A DNA stretch of 64,000 nt, taken from a bacterium. Its GTDB lineage: Bacteria > Electryoneota > JAOADG01. A program made the translations under genes and the position numbers. Below the pieces are notes generated by a model. The model ran no database searches and was not told the DNA's origin. It worked only from the letters and a program-made list of their open reading frames with translations. Where the stretch lies: NCBI GenBank assembly GCA_026417415.1, contig JAOADG010000024.1:11678-75677 (forward strand). Direction: 5' to 3'. Positions 38,203 to 48,298 of the stretch are shown here, in pieces; within the stretch, counting starts at the first letter, position 1, and each line of letters begins with the position of its first letter.

Positions 38203-40082
38203 AAAGAATAATCTATTGTTTTCTACTTTCTTTTTCCATCATTTTTCCAATAGTTGCTTTTTCTGAACCAATTCCTATTGATCAATTTGATCCAGAAAAA
38301 GATATCTCTGTTTCTTTTCAACCAAAAAAGTTAGAAAACAAGCCAATAGATACATTGCTGATCCAAATCCATGTTCCCAAAGGATATCACATCACCAGTA
38401 TAGATAACGGGTTCTTTTTCGTTCAAGTAAAAGAACAAGATGGCTTTCACTTTCAAAATCCAATTTACCCAAATCCAGTTTCTTTTGAGGGTGAGAAAGT
38501 ATTCCAAGGTTTAGTTAAGGTGAAAATCCCATTTCAACTACCGACCGAAATCAAAAAGAATAAATTCATTTTTGATGTAACGGTAGGGTATCAAATATGT
38601 GCGGAATTTGGTGCGAAAACTTGTTTTATGCCAGTTGAACGCGCTCTTAACTGGTCGGTTGAATTAATCAAAATAACCAATCTTCAAGTTCAAGAAAATA
38701 AACATGAAGAACCCACCAAACCAGACACAACGATCATCCAACAACCCCTTACCGAAAACACCATCCAAGCAACTCAAGTATCAAAAAACAACTCATCAAC
38801 CTCTCAAAGTTCTTTAGAAAATAGGTTCGTTGATGCACTACAGAAAGGGAGTGTGATTGCGTTCTTACTTGTGTTTTTAGGTGGCATATTGGCTTCTTTA
38901 ACTCCTTGTGTGTATCCCATCATTCCTATTACGATGGGCTATATTGGAAGTAAAAGTGGTGGGAAAAAACTAAGAGGGTTTACGCTCTCTTTGGCATTTG
39001 TATTAGGACTGGCAATTATCTATTCTCTGCTTGGACTATTTGCTGCATCTACAGGTGCATTATTTGGTGCATTTACACAAACCCCTGTGTTCTTAGCAAT
39101 CATCGGTACCATCATTGCAGTGATGGGAATATCCATGTTAGGCGTGTTTGATATACCTATTCCCGGATTTGCTGCTGAAGCACAAGCAAATCCCAAAGGT
39201 GGATATTGGGGTGCAATACTGATGGGAGGTTTAAGTGGATTGGTTGCTGCTCCATGTGTCGGTCCCATATTAGTAGCGTTGCTTGCTTGGGTAGCAAAAA
39301 CAGGAAGTATGGTATTAGGTTTCTTTCTTTTATTTACCTTTTCAATGGGGATGGGACTGCTTTTTATTGTGATTGGAACGTTTAGCGGTTTGCTCCAATC
39401 GTTACCAAAAGCAGGTGAATGGATGGTCGCTATTAAAAAAGCGTTTGGGATTGCAATGATTGCCGGGGCAGTGTTTATTGTACGATCCATTTTACCTGAA
39501 ACAATCTATCATCTGGCATGGGCTTTGATCTTAGCATTTACAGCCATTTTATTGTGGGGAAAACCGATTCAACCAGAAGATGAACTTTCCATTGGAATTG
39601 CATTCAGACGAGCGCTTGCCTTGATAGCAGCAGTACTAGCAATCTTATTTTTGACGTCTTCCTTTCCGATAGGAATAGCAAGTAAACAATTTTCAAATGA
39701 ATTCAAAAACGCTGAATCCATCCCTTCCCCAAAATCAGAAATGGCATGGAAAATCAATCAAGAAGAACAAGTATTCAATTCTGCAAAACAAAACAATAAA
39801 CGAATATTGATAGATTTTTATGCCGATTGGTGTGCTGCATGTGTTGAACTGGATCACTACACATGGGTTGATCCTAAAGTCCAAAGTGCGGTAAGCGATT
39901 ATGAATTGCTTAAATTTGATTTTACAAAACAGAGTCAACAAACCAAAGAACTTATGAAAAAATACAACATCTTGGGTTTGCCTACGGTGTTAGTTCTGGA
40001 TCCGAATGGAAAAGAGTTAAGCCGTTTTACTGGATTCAAATCCGCAAATGAATTTTTAACTTGGTTAGAAAGCGTTCAGTAA
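38199..40082 (+). CDS. dsbD: thiol:disulfide interchange protein DsbD (alpha domain, TM core, C-terminal thioredoxin domain)
   Basis: Signal peptide from ATG 38199 (ATGA overlap with SPOR gene). TM core with Cys pair (LTPCVYPIIP...APCVGPI). C-terminal DFYADWCAACVELDH thioredoxin motif. Confidence 0.85.
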   Translation: MKRIIYCFLLSFSIIFPIVAFSEPIPIDQFDPEKDISVSFQPKKLENKPIDTLLIQIHVPKGYHITSIDNGFFFVQVKEQDGFHFQNPIYPNPVSFEGEKVFQGLVKVKIPFQLPTEIKKNKFIFDVTVGYQICAEFGAKTCFMPVERALNWSVELIKITNLQVQENKHEEPTKPDTTIIQQPLTENTIQATQVSKNNSSTSQSSLENRFVDALQKGSVIAFLLVFLGGILASLTPCVYPIIPITMGYIGSKSGGKKLRGFTLSLAFVLGLAIIYSLLGLFAASTGALFGAFTQTPVFLAIIGTIIAVMGISMLGVFDIPIPGFAAEAQANPKGGYWGAILMGGLSGLVAAPCVGPILVALLAWVAKTGSMVLGFFLLFTFSMGMGLLFIVIGTFSGLLQSLPKAGEWMVAIKKAFGIAMIAGAVFIVRSILPETIYHLAWALILAFTAILLWGKPIQPEDELSIGIAFRRALALIAAVLAILFLTSSFPIGIASKQFSNEFKNAESIPSPKSEMAWKINQEEQVFNSAKQNNKRILIDFYADWCAACVELDHYTWVDPKVQSAVSDYELLKFDFTKQSQQTKELMKKYNILGLPTVLVLDPNGKELSRFTGFKSANEFLTWLESVQ

Positions 40083-40120
40083 TCTATTCGTATCACTTAA
40101 TTAGCAATTGAGGAATCAAT

Positions 40121-40441
40121 ATGGCACTACAACAATGGAATGACGAACAATTTGAACAAGGCATTCTATCGGAAATGTTGACGGTTGTTGATTTTAGCGC
40201 AACATGGTGTGGACCTTGTAAAAAACTTCATCCTATCATTGAAGAGTTAGCCAAAGAATATGAAGGAAAAATACAAGCAGTTGAAGTAGATGTTGGTATT
40301 GCACAAAAAACAGCTGCGAAATATAACGTGTTTAGTGTTCCTCAAATTATATTTTTCCGTGCAGGCGAGCGTTTAGCAACGATGAATGGTTTGCAGTCAA
40401 AAGGAAAAATTGCTGAACAAATAGAGAGATTGTTGGTTTAA
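40121..40441 (+). CDS. trxA: thioredoxin
   Basis: WCGPC active site; 106 aa; GAGGA SD. Confidence 0.9.
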   Translation: MALQQWNDEQFEQGILSEMLTVVDFSATWCGPCKKLHPIIEELAKEYEGKIQAVEVDVGIAQKTAAKYNVFSVPQIIFFRAGERLATMNGLQSKGKIAEQIERLLV

Positions 40442-40457
40442 TCATTAAGAGGATAAT

Positions 40458-40991
40458 ATGAAATATTTCAACCAATTCACTTATGTTTTGGGTACCCTAT
40501 TGATCATTTTATTACTGGTTATAGGGAATTTTAATTTTGCTTGTTCGTCAACTAAATCAAACGAGTTTCCTCATTTCAAAGTGACCACATTAGATGGTAA
40601 AGAACTCGATTCGAAAAAGTTAACAGAAGGAAAAGTTGCAATTATCAATTTCTGGGCGACTTGGTGTCCACCTTGTAGAGAGGAAATTCCTCATTTTATT
40701 GATTTGCAGAAAAAGTATGATGATAAAGTTCAATTTATTGGCATTTCTGTAGATCGTGATCCACCTGAGAAAGTGAAACAATGGACGGATAAAAACAAGG
40801 TCAATTACCCAGTTGCAAGAGTAGAAATGAATTTTCAGCAACCCTATCAACAATTGCTGCCAAAAGAGATGAGAGGTGGCATCCCATATACTTTTATCCT
40901 TGACAAAAATGGAAAAATTGTTGAGCGATTGGTTGGCTATCGAGATTATGAGTATTGGGAAAAAATGATCAAACGGTTATCTGCAAATTAG
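40458..40991 (+). CDS. TlpA/ResA-like membrane-anchored thiol-disulfide oxidoreductase
   Basis: N-terminal TM anchor; redoxin motif NFWATWCPPCREEIP. Confidence 0.8.
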   Translation: MKYFNQFTYVLGTLLIILLLVIGNFNFACSSTKSNEFPHFKVTTLDGKELDSKKLTEGKVAIINFWATWCPPCREEIPHFIDLQKKYDDKVQFIGISVDRDPPEKVKQWTDKNKVNYPVARVEMNFQQPYQQLLPKEMRGGIPYTFILDKNGKIVERLVGYRDYEYWEKMIKRLSAN

Positions 40992-40995
40992 TTTT

Positions 40996-41025
40996 AATGG
41001 GTGGTGAAAGCCACCCATTCTTTTG
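40996..41025 (+). terminator. Rho-independent terminator after redox operon
   Basis: AATGGGTGG-TGAAAG-CCACCCATT hairpin followed by CTTTTG. Confidence 0.65.
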
Positions 41026-41043
41026 AACCACTGGATTTCTCAA

Positions 41044-41757
41044 ATGTGGAAAAAGTTTTGGCTACTATTCAATAGACCACACAACCATCTTGAATTGGAT
41101 ATCCATCTATATCATTTTACACATCTTCGTATCAACCTATCCTCAATTTTAAAGGACCGATCTATTTTATCTTTTCAGAGGTTAACCGAACAATACGGTT
41201 ATGAAAAAGCCATTACCTTTATGCATGATTTAAAACGATACGATTTTTATACGAGTGGTAAAAAATATGTCAATTGTGTGATAGGTCGTGCACCTGCCAA
41301 TTATTTGTATCGTTTAAGTGGAAAGAACTGGAAAAACGAATGGATAGCATTTGAGATTGATACCAAACTCTTACATTGGAAAACATTTATCATTGCACCA
41401 AGCGGTGCAGCATCACTTGATGCAACATGCATACACGTTCATCCAGAAAATTGGAAAAAAGATATTCAAGTGTGCTTTCAAAAAACAATCCAAAATATAG
41501 AAAGACCAGTTGTGGAATTTGATTATGCTAAAGAAAGAAAATTTCCAAACGATGTTCCTACTCATCCCAATTGTGAGTTGTTAATACCCAATGAAATTGA
41601 ATCCACTTATTGGAAAAAAGTGATTACATATGATTATGCTGTCAGACAAACCGTACGTATTCTTTTTGAAAAGTGTGGTTGGAAAGAATTTCCCATCCAG
41701 GTAAACAAAGAAATTTTTCGTTTTCACCCCATAAAACTCGCAAAAGAAGTTGTATAG
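41044..41757 (+). CDS. DUF4433/DarT-like protein (candidate ssDNA ADP-ribosyltransferase), orphan
   Basis: N-terminal LYHFTHLRINLSSILKDRSIL resembles the DarT YH(I/F)THxxNLxSIL NAD-pocket motif. Candidate ARTT Glu lies in CELLIP. First ATG 41044; the track TTG at 41023 lies inside the terminator. Confidence 0.45.
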   Translation: MWKKFWLLFNRPHNHLELDIHLYHFTHLRINLSSILKDRSILSFQRLTEQYGYEKAITFMHDLKRYDFYTSGKKYVNCVIGRAPANYLYRLSGKNWKNEWIAFEIDTKLLHWKTFIIAPSGAASLDATCIHVHPENWKKDIQVCFQKTIQNIERPVVEFDYAKERKFPNDVPTHPNCELLIPNEIESTYWKKVITYDYAVRQTVRILFEKCGWKEFPIQVNKEIFRFHPIKLAKEVV

Positions 41758-41769
41758 AGGAATCATTAC

Positions 41770-42495
41770 ATGAACGAAAAATCAAACAAAATAGGAATGC
41801 TTATCCTAGGAATATCTTTTATCGTGAGTGCTATTATTATCGCAGGCGCGTTAAAAAATATCCGTGCAACTTCAGAGACCATTACTGTCACAGGTTCTGC
41901 AAGGAAACCAGTGATGTCAGATTTGATTGTTTGGAAAATGCAAGTCAATGTTTTTGCTTCTACCTTACCCAACGCTTATCAAGAGCTGCTTAGTGAACGA
42001 ACGAAGGTAATGAACTTTTTAAGAGAGGCAGGCATTCCAGACACGAGCATTAACCTATCGCATCCTAACTCTTGGGTAGAGCGTCAATACTATGAAGGAA
42101 GAAACGAAAGTAGAGTGATAGGATTTAGATATGTTCAAAACATTTCTGTGCAATCATACGATATAGACAAAATCGAAAAGATTATCCAATCAGCAGATAA
42201 ATTGATCTTAAGTGGTGTCAGTATTGAAATGCAACAACCGGAATATTTAGTCACAAAGTTGTCTGAGTATCGGTTGTCTTTATTAGGTGAAGCCACAAAA
42301 GATGCTCAAGAACGCGCACAGAAGATTGCATCCGGTATCGGCAGTAAAATTGGAGCAATTCGATCTGCAAGAGTCGGTGTGTTTCAAGTTAATGCCCCAA
42401 ACTCAATGGAAATATCCGATTATGGAGTGTATGATACATCTACACGTAAAAAAGAAATTACTGCAGTCGTTTCAGTGAGTTTTGCTATTCAATAG
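41770..42495 (+). CDS. SIMPL-domain (DUF541) protein
   Basis: N-terminal TM anchor; SIMPL-like architecture with conserved C-terminal ITAVVSVSF. Confidence 0.65.
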   Translation: MNEKSNKIGMLILGISFIVSAIIIAGALKNIRATSETITVTGSARKPVMSDLIVWKMQVNVFASTLPNAYQELLSERTKVMNFLREAGIPDTSINLSHPNSWVERQYYEGRNESRVIGFRYVQNISVQSYDIDKIEKIIQSADKLILSGVSIEMQQPEYLVTKLSEYRLSLLGEATKDAQERAQKIASGIGSKIGAIRSARVGVFQVNAPNSMEISDYGVYDTSTRKKEITAVVSVSFAIQ

Positions 42496-43351
42496 TCGCA
42501 TCTTGGTCTTTATCGGCCAATCGTTTTTTAGCATCTTTTTCCGCTTGTAAAAAAAGTAGCCATAAAGCACGTAAAGAACGTTTCAAAATGCGAAATCGGT
42601 ATCTCCAAACTACCCATTTAGAAAAGTGTTTTCTACTAAAGTAACTTTCACAGAAAAAGTACCAATAGTCCAAATAGGGCGTTTTTTGATGGGCTTCAAC
42701 CCCCCCAGAGGTGGATCGCTTATGATAAACCAGGGCTTTAGGTTCAAACCAAATACATAATCCTGCACGGTAAGCACGATAACCAAAATCGCTATCTTCT
42801 CGTATGGCTATTCCTTGAAAATTTTCATCAAACAGACCAATTTTTTCTATCGCTGCTCTTGACACAGAAAAATTGCAACCTGTTACAATGTTTGTCGGAC
42901 CAGACCTTTCAGAAGTATCACTACCACTAAACTTCAAAGTACGATGTAACCAAGATGGATTTTTGGCAATAGTTTTAGTATTCGGTTCAAGTACTCTACC
43001 TTGAACCAAATCTGCACCCAATTGATGGCGTGATACGTGATGATGGATGAAATCCGATGAAAAAGTTACATCATCATCAATAAATACTAAGATCTCTCCT
43101 TTTGATAGTTTTATTCCTAAATTTCTTGCTTTGGTCAATGAAGCAAATTCTGGTCGGTGGTATTGGATTTGATCAGCGTGCTGTTGAATAAATGCTAAGG
43201 TATTAGGCGAATGATGTTGGGTTTGGTCAATCAAGATAATTTCAAGCGGTTTGTAGGTTTGACGGATAGCACATTGTAACGTTTCAATCAACTCTTGTTC
43301 TCGTTGATAAGTAGGAATAATTAAGCTAACCAAAAGAGAATTCGGTTCCAT
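42485..43351 (-). CDS. glycosyltransferase family 2
   Basis: GT-A start VSLIIPTYQRE; DxD FIDDDV. Confidence 0.8.
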   Translation of the reverse strand: MEPNSLLVSLIIPTYQREQELIETLQCAIRQTYKPLEIILIDQTQHHSPNTLAFIQQHADQIQYHRPEFASLTKARNLGIKLSKGEILVFIDDDVTFSSDFIHHHVSRHQLGADLVQGRVLEPNTKTIAKNPSWLHRTLKFSGSDTSERSGPTNIVTGCNFSVSRAAIEKIGLFDENFQGIAIREDSDFGYRAYRAGLCIWFEPKALVYHKRSTSGGVEAHQKTPYLDYWYFFCESYFSRKHFSKWVVWRYRFRILKRSLRALWLLFLQAEKDAKKRLADKDQDATIE

Positions 43352-45018
43352 TATGCAATCAACAATGGTGGGGGTTCTTGGGTTTGTTTTCTACGAGAAA
43401 GATCTAACAAAGCCAATGGTCCAATGCGCCCAAGGAACATAAAAATCATTAACACAATCTGACTACTTCGTTCTAAGGTAGAAGTTACATTCATAGATAA
43501 ACCAACTGTGGACAGTGCAGATACCGATTCAAAAAAGTAGGCAAAAGAAATTGAATTTTGAAAAAGGCAAATAAGAGAAAACCCGATAAATAGCGAAACA
43601 AAATAAGCAAAAAACATTCCTAAGGCTCGTTCTTTCATTTTATTAACCCAATCTTTTGGGTAACCTACGATTAGTAAGAGTCCTATTGCAATACTGGTCA
43701 CTTTGAGTCCACCTGCTGTTGATGAAGCTCCACCACCTATCATCATTAAAAAGACAGTCCATACTAATGGGACCGTGCCCAATTTTGAATAATCTAAGTC
43801 ACTAAAACCAGCAGTCCTAGGAGTGATTGAACGAAAGATAGATCGAATTAAATGATCACCACTATCTGTTTGAATTGGAACAGAAAAATAAAAAAGGATG
43901 GTGCTCAGGATAATGATTATTAAAGTAGTGATGATAGTCACACGGGTATGAATATGACCACTGGACTGTCCTATGGACATTTTTGATACATCAAGGATAA
44001 CAGGAAAACCAATTCCACCCACTAAAATTAATGCTGAAAAAACTATCAAAGTTCTCGGTGCAATGTTTGATACTGTAGCAAGGGAATCACCATAGAACCC
44101 TAAACCTGCATTACAGAATGCACTGACAGAATGAAAAAGACAATTTCCTAACCGTTCAATAGGCAATAACGTTGGATCAGGCCAAATTTGAAAAAGCATA
44201 TATGTACCGGTACTTACCGTAATAATGGTAGATAACAGGACAGTTTTAAGCAGAGGAGCGACACGGACTTGAACATCTGCAAGGATATCTAAACCGATAC
44301 TTTTTTGTTCATAGATCATGCGTTCACCGGATAATATGCGCATTAAACCGATAAACGTGACGGGTCCCCAACCACCTAATAGAATCAAAAATCCGATGAT
44401 AGTTTTTCCGAATGGTGAAAACGTGATTCCGATATCAATCGTGGTTAAACCCGTTACAGCAGTCGCACTCACTGAAGTAAACAAGGCATCAAAAAAAGAA
44501 ATTTGAGTAGTGGGAAGTACAGCACCAGGACTAGATAAAAGAAACGCACCGATAAAAATGACCAAAAGGTAGGTTAATGCAAAGGTAGCAGAAAATTTAT
44601 TTTGTAAAGAAAACAACCAGGTGGCTAAAAAACGAGTTTCAGTAACGGCAAAAGCAATAGGAATAGAAATTAATAAATACAAGGACCATTTTAATAAAAT
44701 AGAACTGGTAGTAAGATCTAAACGTTCATCGCTTGCTGCAAGTACCAGTGAAATAGACCAAAATAGCACCAACCCAAATAAAGACAATTCAAGTTTTCGT
44801 GATTTCAAATAACTACTTCTAAACGGTCCTAAAATTCCATACAAATGAGTAAGTAAAGTTAAAATGACGGATAACGTACAGACGACTTGAACCAAAAGTA
44901 AACGAATGCCAAATTCAGGCCATCCTGTGTGGATTAAAGCAAGAATCAAAGAAAGAAATGAAATCACTCGAACAAATCGAAGATTGCTTTCGCTACGATT
45001 CAGAGTTGTGCTGTTCAT
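43351..45018 (-). CDS. trkH: TrkH/KtrB-family potassium transporter with extra N-terminal TM segments
   Basis: Selectivity-filter-like GGGASSTAGGLKV. ATG at 45018 (track GTG at 45021). Confidence 0.8.
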   Translation of the reverse strand: MNSTTLNRSESNLRFVRVISFLSLILALIHTGWPEFGIRLLLVQVVCTLSVILTLLTHLYGILGPFRSSYLKSRKLELSLFGLVLFWSISLVLAASDERLDLTTSSILLKWSLYLLISIPIAFAVTETRFLATWLFSLQNKFSATFALTYLLVIFIGAFLLSSPGAVLPTTQISFFDALFTSVSATAVTGLTTIDIGITFSPFGKTIIGFLILLGGWGPVTFIGLMRILSGERMIYEQKSIGLDILADVQVRVAPLLKTVLLSTIITVSTGTYMLFQIWPDPTLLPIERLGNCLFHSVSAFCNAGLGFYGDSLATVSNIAPRTLIVFSALILVGGIGFPVILDVSKMSIGQSSGHIHTRVTIITTLIIIILSTILFYFSVPIQTDSGDHLIRSIFRSITPRTAGFSDLDYSKLGTVPLVWTVFLMMIGGGASSTAGGLKVTSIAIGLLLIVGYPKDWVNKMKERALGMFFAYFVSLFIGFSLICLFQNSISFAYFFESVSALSTVGLSMNVTSTLERSSQIVLMIFMFLGRIGPLALLDLSRRKQTQEPPPLLIA

Positions 45019-46183
45019 CACTTACAGAATATTTCCGACTTACAATGTACAATGTTTCAGAATCGTTCAGAAACCAATGAAGTGGAATCATTGCTTCTTC
45101 GCCTTCGGAATTAATGATATGGGCGTTAATCCAGCGCAACTGATCCAATTTCCAATCTTTATCTTTCCAATGGATGACAATATCTTGGTGGGTAGGATCT
45201 AAAGGAAGAATGACACTTACAATCAAACTCCTAACAATAGGAAGCGCTGCAAAAGCAACCACTAAAAATGTAGCGATAGGTAAAGCCCAAGCAATTGGTT
45301 CCGGTAATCCAATACCCATGGGTAATGAAAGAATGATTGCTAAAATCAATCCTAAACGATAAAGTTTTGCAAAACGTTTATCTAAGATCTCGCGTTCAAA
45401 CTCTGGAGTTAAACGAATCTTGATAAATCTCAAAAGTAAATAGATACCACCAAAAACAATTGCAAAATTTAAAATCCATTTTGCTAATGAACCAGTAACA
45501 CTAATTAAATTGCCAAATATTGGGAAAAAATAGTTTAAGAGTGCACGTGTAGTTGAAAAAAGGTACATCCATCCTAAAATTGCAAATAATATCAGAACCA
45601 CTACTCCTAAAGTGGTCAATATTTTCAAAGTAATTTCAATACTTTTTTTATTGTAATAACTTATTGATGTTTCAGAAAAACCTGAAGGGCTTTTGAAAAT
45701 AATTGCGTTTAAGTAACGCATAAAGCGTATCCAAGCGGCAGATAAAATCACAAGCCCTAATGGGATCACTACCAAAGCAAGCATTAATTTAGAAAGTGGA
45801 TCACGCGATTCTTTGACAGTTTCTTTGTTTAAAACGATTTCTCGCAAACGGAGTTCTGTTCGGTATGCTAACACCGAAGGATTATAGCCACTTTGTATTC
45901 CTTCGGAAGGTCCGAAAGCCCATAGAATCTGATCATCAGCCATAACAAAAGCCGAATCACCAAATTGACTTACATGAAGTGTTGGTCGTGGATCTTTTTT
46001 ATACCAATCATTAATACGCGCTTGAAACAATCGGGCGGATTCATCCAAACTTAAACCGGGTAAAGGTACAAAAATTGAACAGATGGTAGATGTTTCTAAG
46101 CGAACAGGGATACCGACTGAAAACGCAACATTTTGAAACATTTGAAAAAAAACTACAACTAAAAAAAACCGAAGGAATTTCAT
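44993..46183 (-). CDS. membrane protein, possibly truncated MscS-like mechanosensitive channel
   Basis: Several TM helices; C-terminal NSEGEEAMIPLHWFLNDS resembles the MscS beta-domain TADGKIIVIPNG...N.S. Start moved to ATG 46183 because the track start overlaps a terminator hairpin. Confidence 0.4.
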   Translation of the reverse strand: MKFLRFFLVVVFFQMFQNVAFSVGIPVRLETSTICSIFVPLPGLSLDESARLFQARINDWYKKDPRPTLHVSQFGDSAFVMADDQILWAFGPSEGIQSGYNPSVLAYRTELRLREIVLNKETVKESRDPLSKLMLALVVIPLGLVILSAAWIRFMRYLNAIIFKSPSGFSETSISYYNKKSIEITLKILTTLGVVVLILFAILGWMYLFSTTRALLNYFFPIFGNLISVTGSLAKWILNFAIVFGGIYLLLRFIKIRLTPEFEREILDKRFAKLYRLGLILAIILSLPMGIGLPEPIAWALPIATFLVVAFAALPIVRSLIVSVILPLDPTHQDIVIHWKDKDWKLDQLRWINAHIINSEGEEAMIPLHWFLNDSETLYIVSRKYSVSDEQHNSES

Positions 46184-46200
46184 AAATCGCCTCAGATAAA

Positions 46201-46241
46201 ACGATAAGAAGTAAAATGACCACTTACATGGGCAAGTGGTC
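46201..46241 (-). terminator. intrinsic terminator downstream of leucyl aminopeptidase (minus strand)
   Basis: GACCACTT-N8-AAGTGGTC 8-bp inverted repeat; on the minus strand it is followed by ATTTTACTTCTT. Confidence 0.5.
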
Positions 46242-46270
46242 ATCTATAAACCCAATATAGAAAATTAGAT

Positions 46271-47773
46271 CTATTCCCAATTCCTAAACATTTCAACTAA
46301 CAGTCGAACGCCAAATCCTGTCCCTAATTCTTTCTGATAATAAGGACTATTTTTGACATCTGCCGCAACTCCAGCAATATCAAGATGTACCCAAGGTGTT
46401 TCATCAACAAACTCTTTTAGGAACATAGCTGCAGTAATTGAACCTCCTTCTCGACCACCGCTATTTTTAATATCCGCTACAGTGCTCTTGATTTGTTCAC
46501 GATACTCTGAATACATCGGCAGTTTCCAACAGCGTTCACCTGTTCTTTCTCCGAATTCAATAATTTTTTGTGCAAACTCATCATTGTTCGTGAACAACCC
46601 CGCAGCTTGACGTCCCAAAGCAATGGCAATCGCACCCGTTAAAGTAGCTAAATCTATTACTCCTTTGGGTTTAAAAGTTGAAATTGCATAATGTAAAGCA
46701 TCAGCCAATACGATTCTACCTTCCGCATCTGTATTCACTACTTCAATGGTCTTACCGTTCATCATAGTAATCACATCATCTACATGGTAAGCCCCACCAT
46801 CCGGCATATTTTCTACAGCAGGGACAATGCTGATTAAGTTGATTGGAAGTTTCAAAGCCGATACGGTCTTAATCACTGAAATAACTACCGCTGCACCTGA
46901 CATATCATATTTCATAAAGCGCATATTTTCACTACTTTTCAAACTTAAACCACCACTATCAATACATAGTCCTTTTCCTATTAAACAAATGGGTGGATCT
47001 CCACGTTTGCCACCTAAATATTCTAAAACCAATAAATAGGGTGGTTCGGAAGAACCAGCACCTACCGCCAAGATACCATTCGCATTCATTTTTTGTAAAT
47101 CATCTTTTCCAAATGCACGAAAATTCAATTTATACTCTCGCGCAATCCCTTCGCAGGTTTTCATTAAATAAGTTGGTGTTACAATGTTGGGAGGGCCATT
47201 TTGTAAATCTCTTGCAAAAACAATCCCGTCTAAAATTGTCTCGGCAATTTCACCACTTTCTTCTAACGGTTTACGGTCTTTTGCTTTTTCAACGTATAAG
47301 GTAACTTCTTCAATATCTTTAATTTTATCCAAGTCCTGCGTTTTATACCGATTGAATTGATACAGTGCCATACCGGAACCAATCACAGCACCTTCTGTAA
47401 GTTCATTGGTACTGAGTTTATCTGCAGAACTTGGATCGATCAATATTGCAAATTTGCGTATCCCAGCATTTCGGGCATAAAGGGAAGCGCGTGCGACCTC
47501 TTTTCGCCAAATTTCAGGGGTTAAATTATCTTTTCCTAAACCCCACATCAAAAGTCGTTTGATTTTAGTGCCTCCGCGGCCGTAAACCATCATCCCTTCA
47601 CCACTTTTACCCACAAAGTCACCTGTAGTTAGGGCAGGTTGTAAAGTACCGCCAATTAAATCATCCAGTTGTAAAAATAACCCCTTTTTAGGATTAGTAC
47701 CTTCTTTCGAAAATACAACCAATAATGGAGTGGCTAAATCTACTAATGCACCACACGCATAACGGTATTCCAT
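46271..47773 (-). CDS. pepA: leucyl aminopeptidase (M17)
   Basis: M17 signature NTDAEGRIVLADAL and metal-ligand context. Confidence 0.9.
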   Translation of the reverse strand: MEYRYACGALVDLATPLLVVFSKEGTNPKKGLFLQLDDLIGGTLQPALTTGDFVGKSGEGMMVYGRGGTKIKRLLMWGLGKDNLTPEIWRKEVARASLYARNAGIRKFAILIDPSSADKLSTNELTEGAVIGSGMALYQFNRYKTQDLDKIKDIEEVTLYVEKAKDRKPLEESGEIAETILDGIVFARDLQNGPPNIVTPTYLMKTCEGIAREYKLNFRAFGKDDLQKMNANGILAVGAGSSEPPYLLVLEYLGGKRGDPPICLIGKGLCIDSGGLSLKSSENMRFMKYDMSGAAVVISVIKTVSALKLPINLISIVPAVENMPDGGAYHVDDVITMMNGKTIEVVNTDAEGRIVLADALHYAISTFKPKGVIDLATLTGAIAIALGRQAAGLFTNNDEFAQKIIEFGERTGERCWKLPMYSEYREQIKSTVADIKNSGGREGGSITAAMFLKEFVDETPWVHLDIAGVAADVKNSPYYQKELGTGFGVRLLVEMFRNWE

Positions 47774-47836
47774 TGTGTTCTCCCTATAAAAGAAGATGAT
47801 GTTAAAAAGCGATAACTATCGCTTATTCAATGCTCC

Positions 47837-48298
47837 TCAACCAGGTTTGAAATCTAAAACACTTTCATTTGTTAAAAATAGATTTGAAATTGAGTAATTT
47901 TGGGCTAAAATTTCGTATTTTTTCTTATCAAAGGCCTCTATCCGATCATTAATTATTCCTCGATGGGTAAATGTGAAAATGGTAGGAACTACGCTTATGT
48001 TGTAAGCATTTGAATAGTGATATCCATCACTTTCATTGATGCTTGGAAAATTAAGCCGAAATTCGCGTTCAAAGGTAACCTTTTTCTCCAATTGCGGATT
48101 TTGACAAATTCCTAATACAGGGACGCCATTGAGAAAAAAGCGATTGATGAATGGGGCTGCATATTGACAAGTGGGGCAACTTACTTTATAGAAAAAGATC
48201 AATAGCCCTTTTTCAAGCTGTTCGGTACGATAGAACTTTTTTGATTTCTCAATGAGTTCTGAAAACAGTGGTCCTTCATCACCAATTTGTATATTCAT
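47837..48298 (-). CDS. thioredoxin-fold redoxin (CPTC active site)
   Basis: VSCPTCQ motif in a thioredoxin-like context; 153 aa. Confidence 0.55.
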   Translation of the reverse strand: MNIQIGDEGPLFSELIEKSKKFYRTEQLEKGLLIFFYKVSCPTCQYAAPFINRFFLNGVPVLGICQNPQLEKKVTFEREFRLNFPSINESDGYHYSNAYNISVVPTIFTFTHRGIINDRIEAFDKKKYEILAQNYSISNLFLTNESVLDFKPG

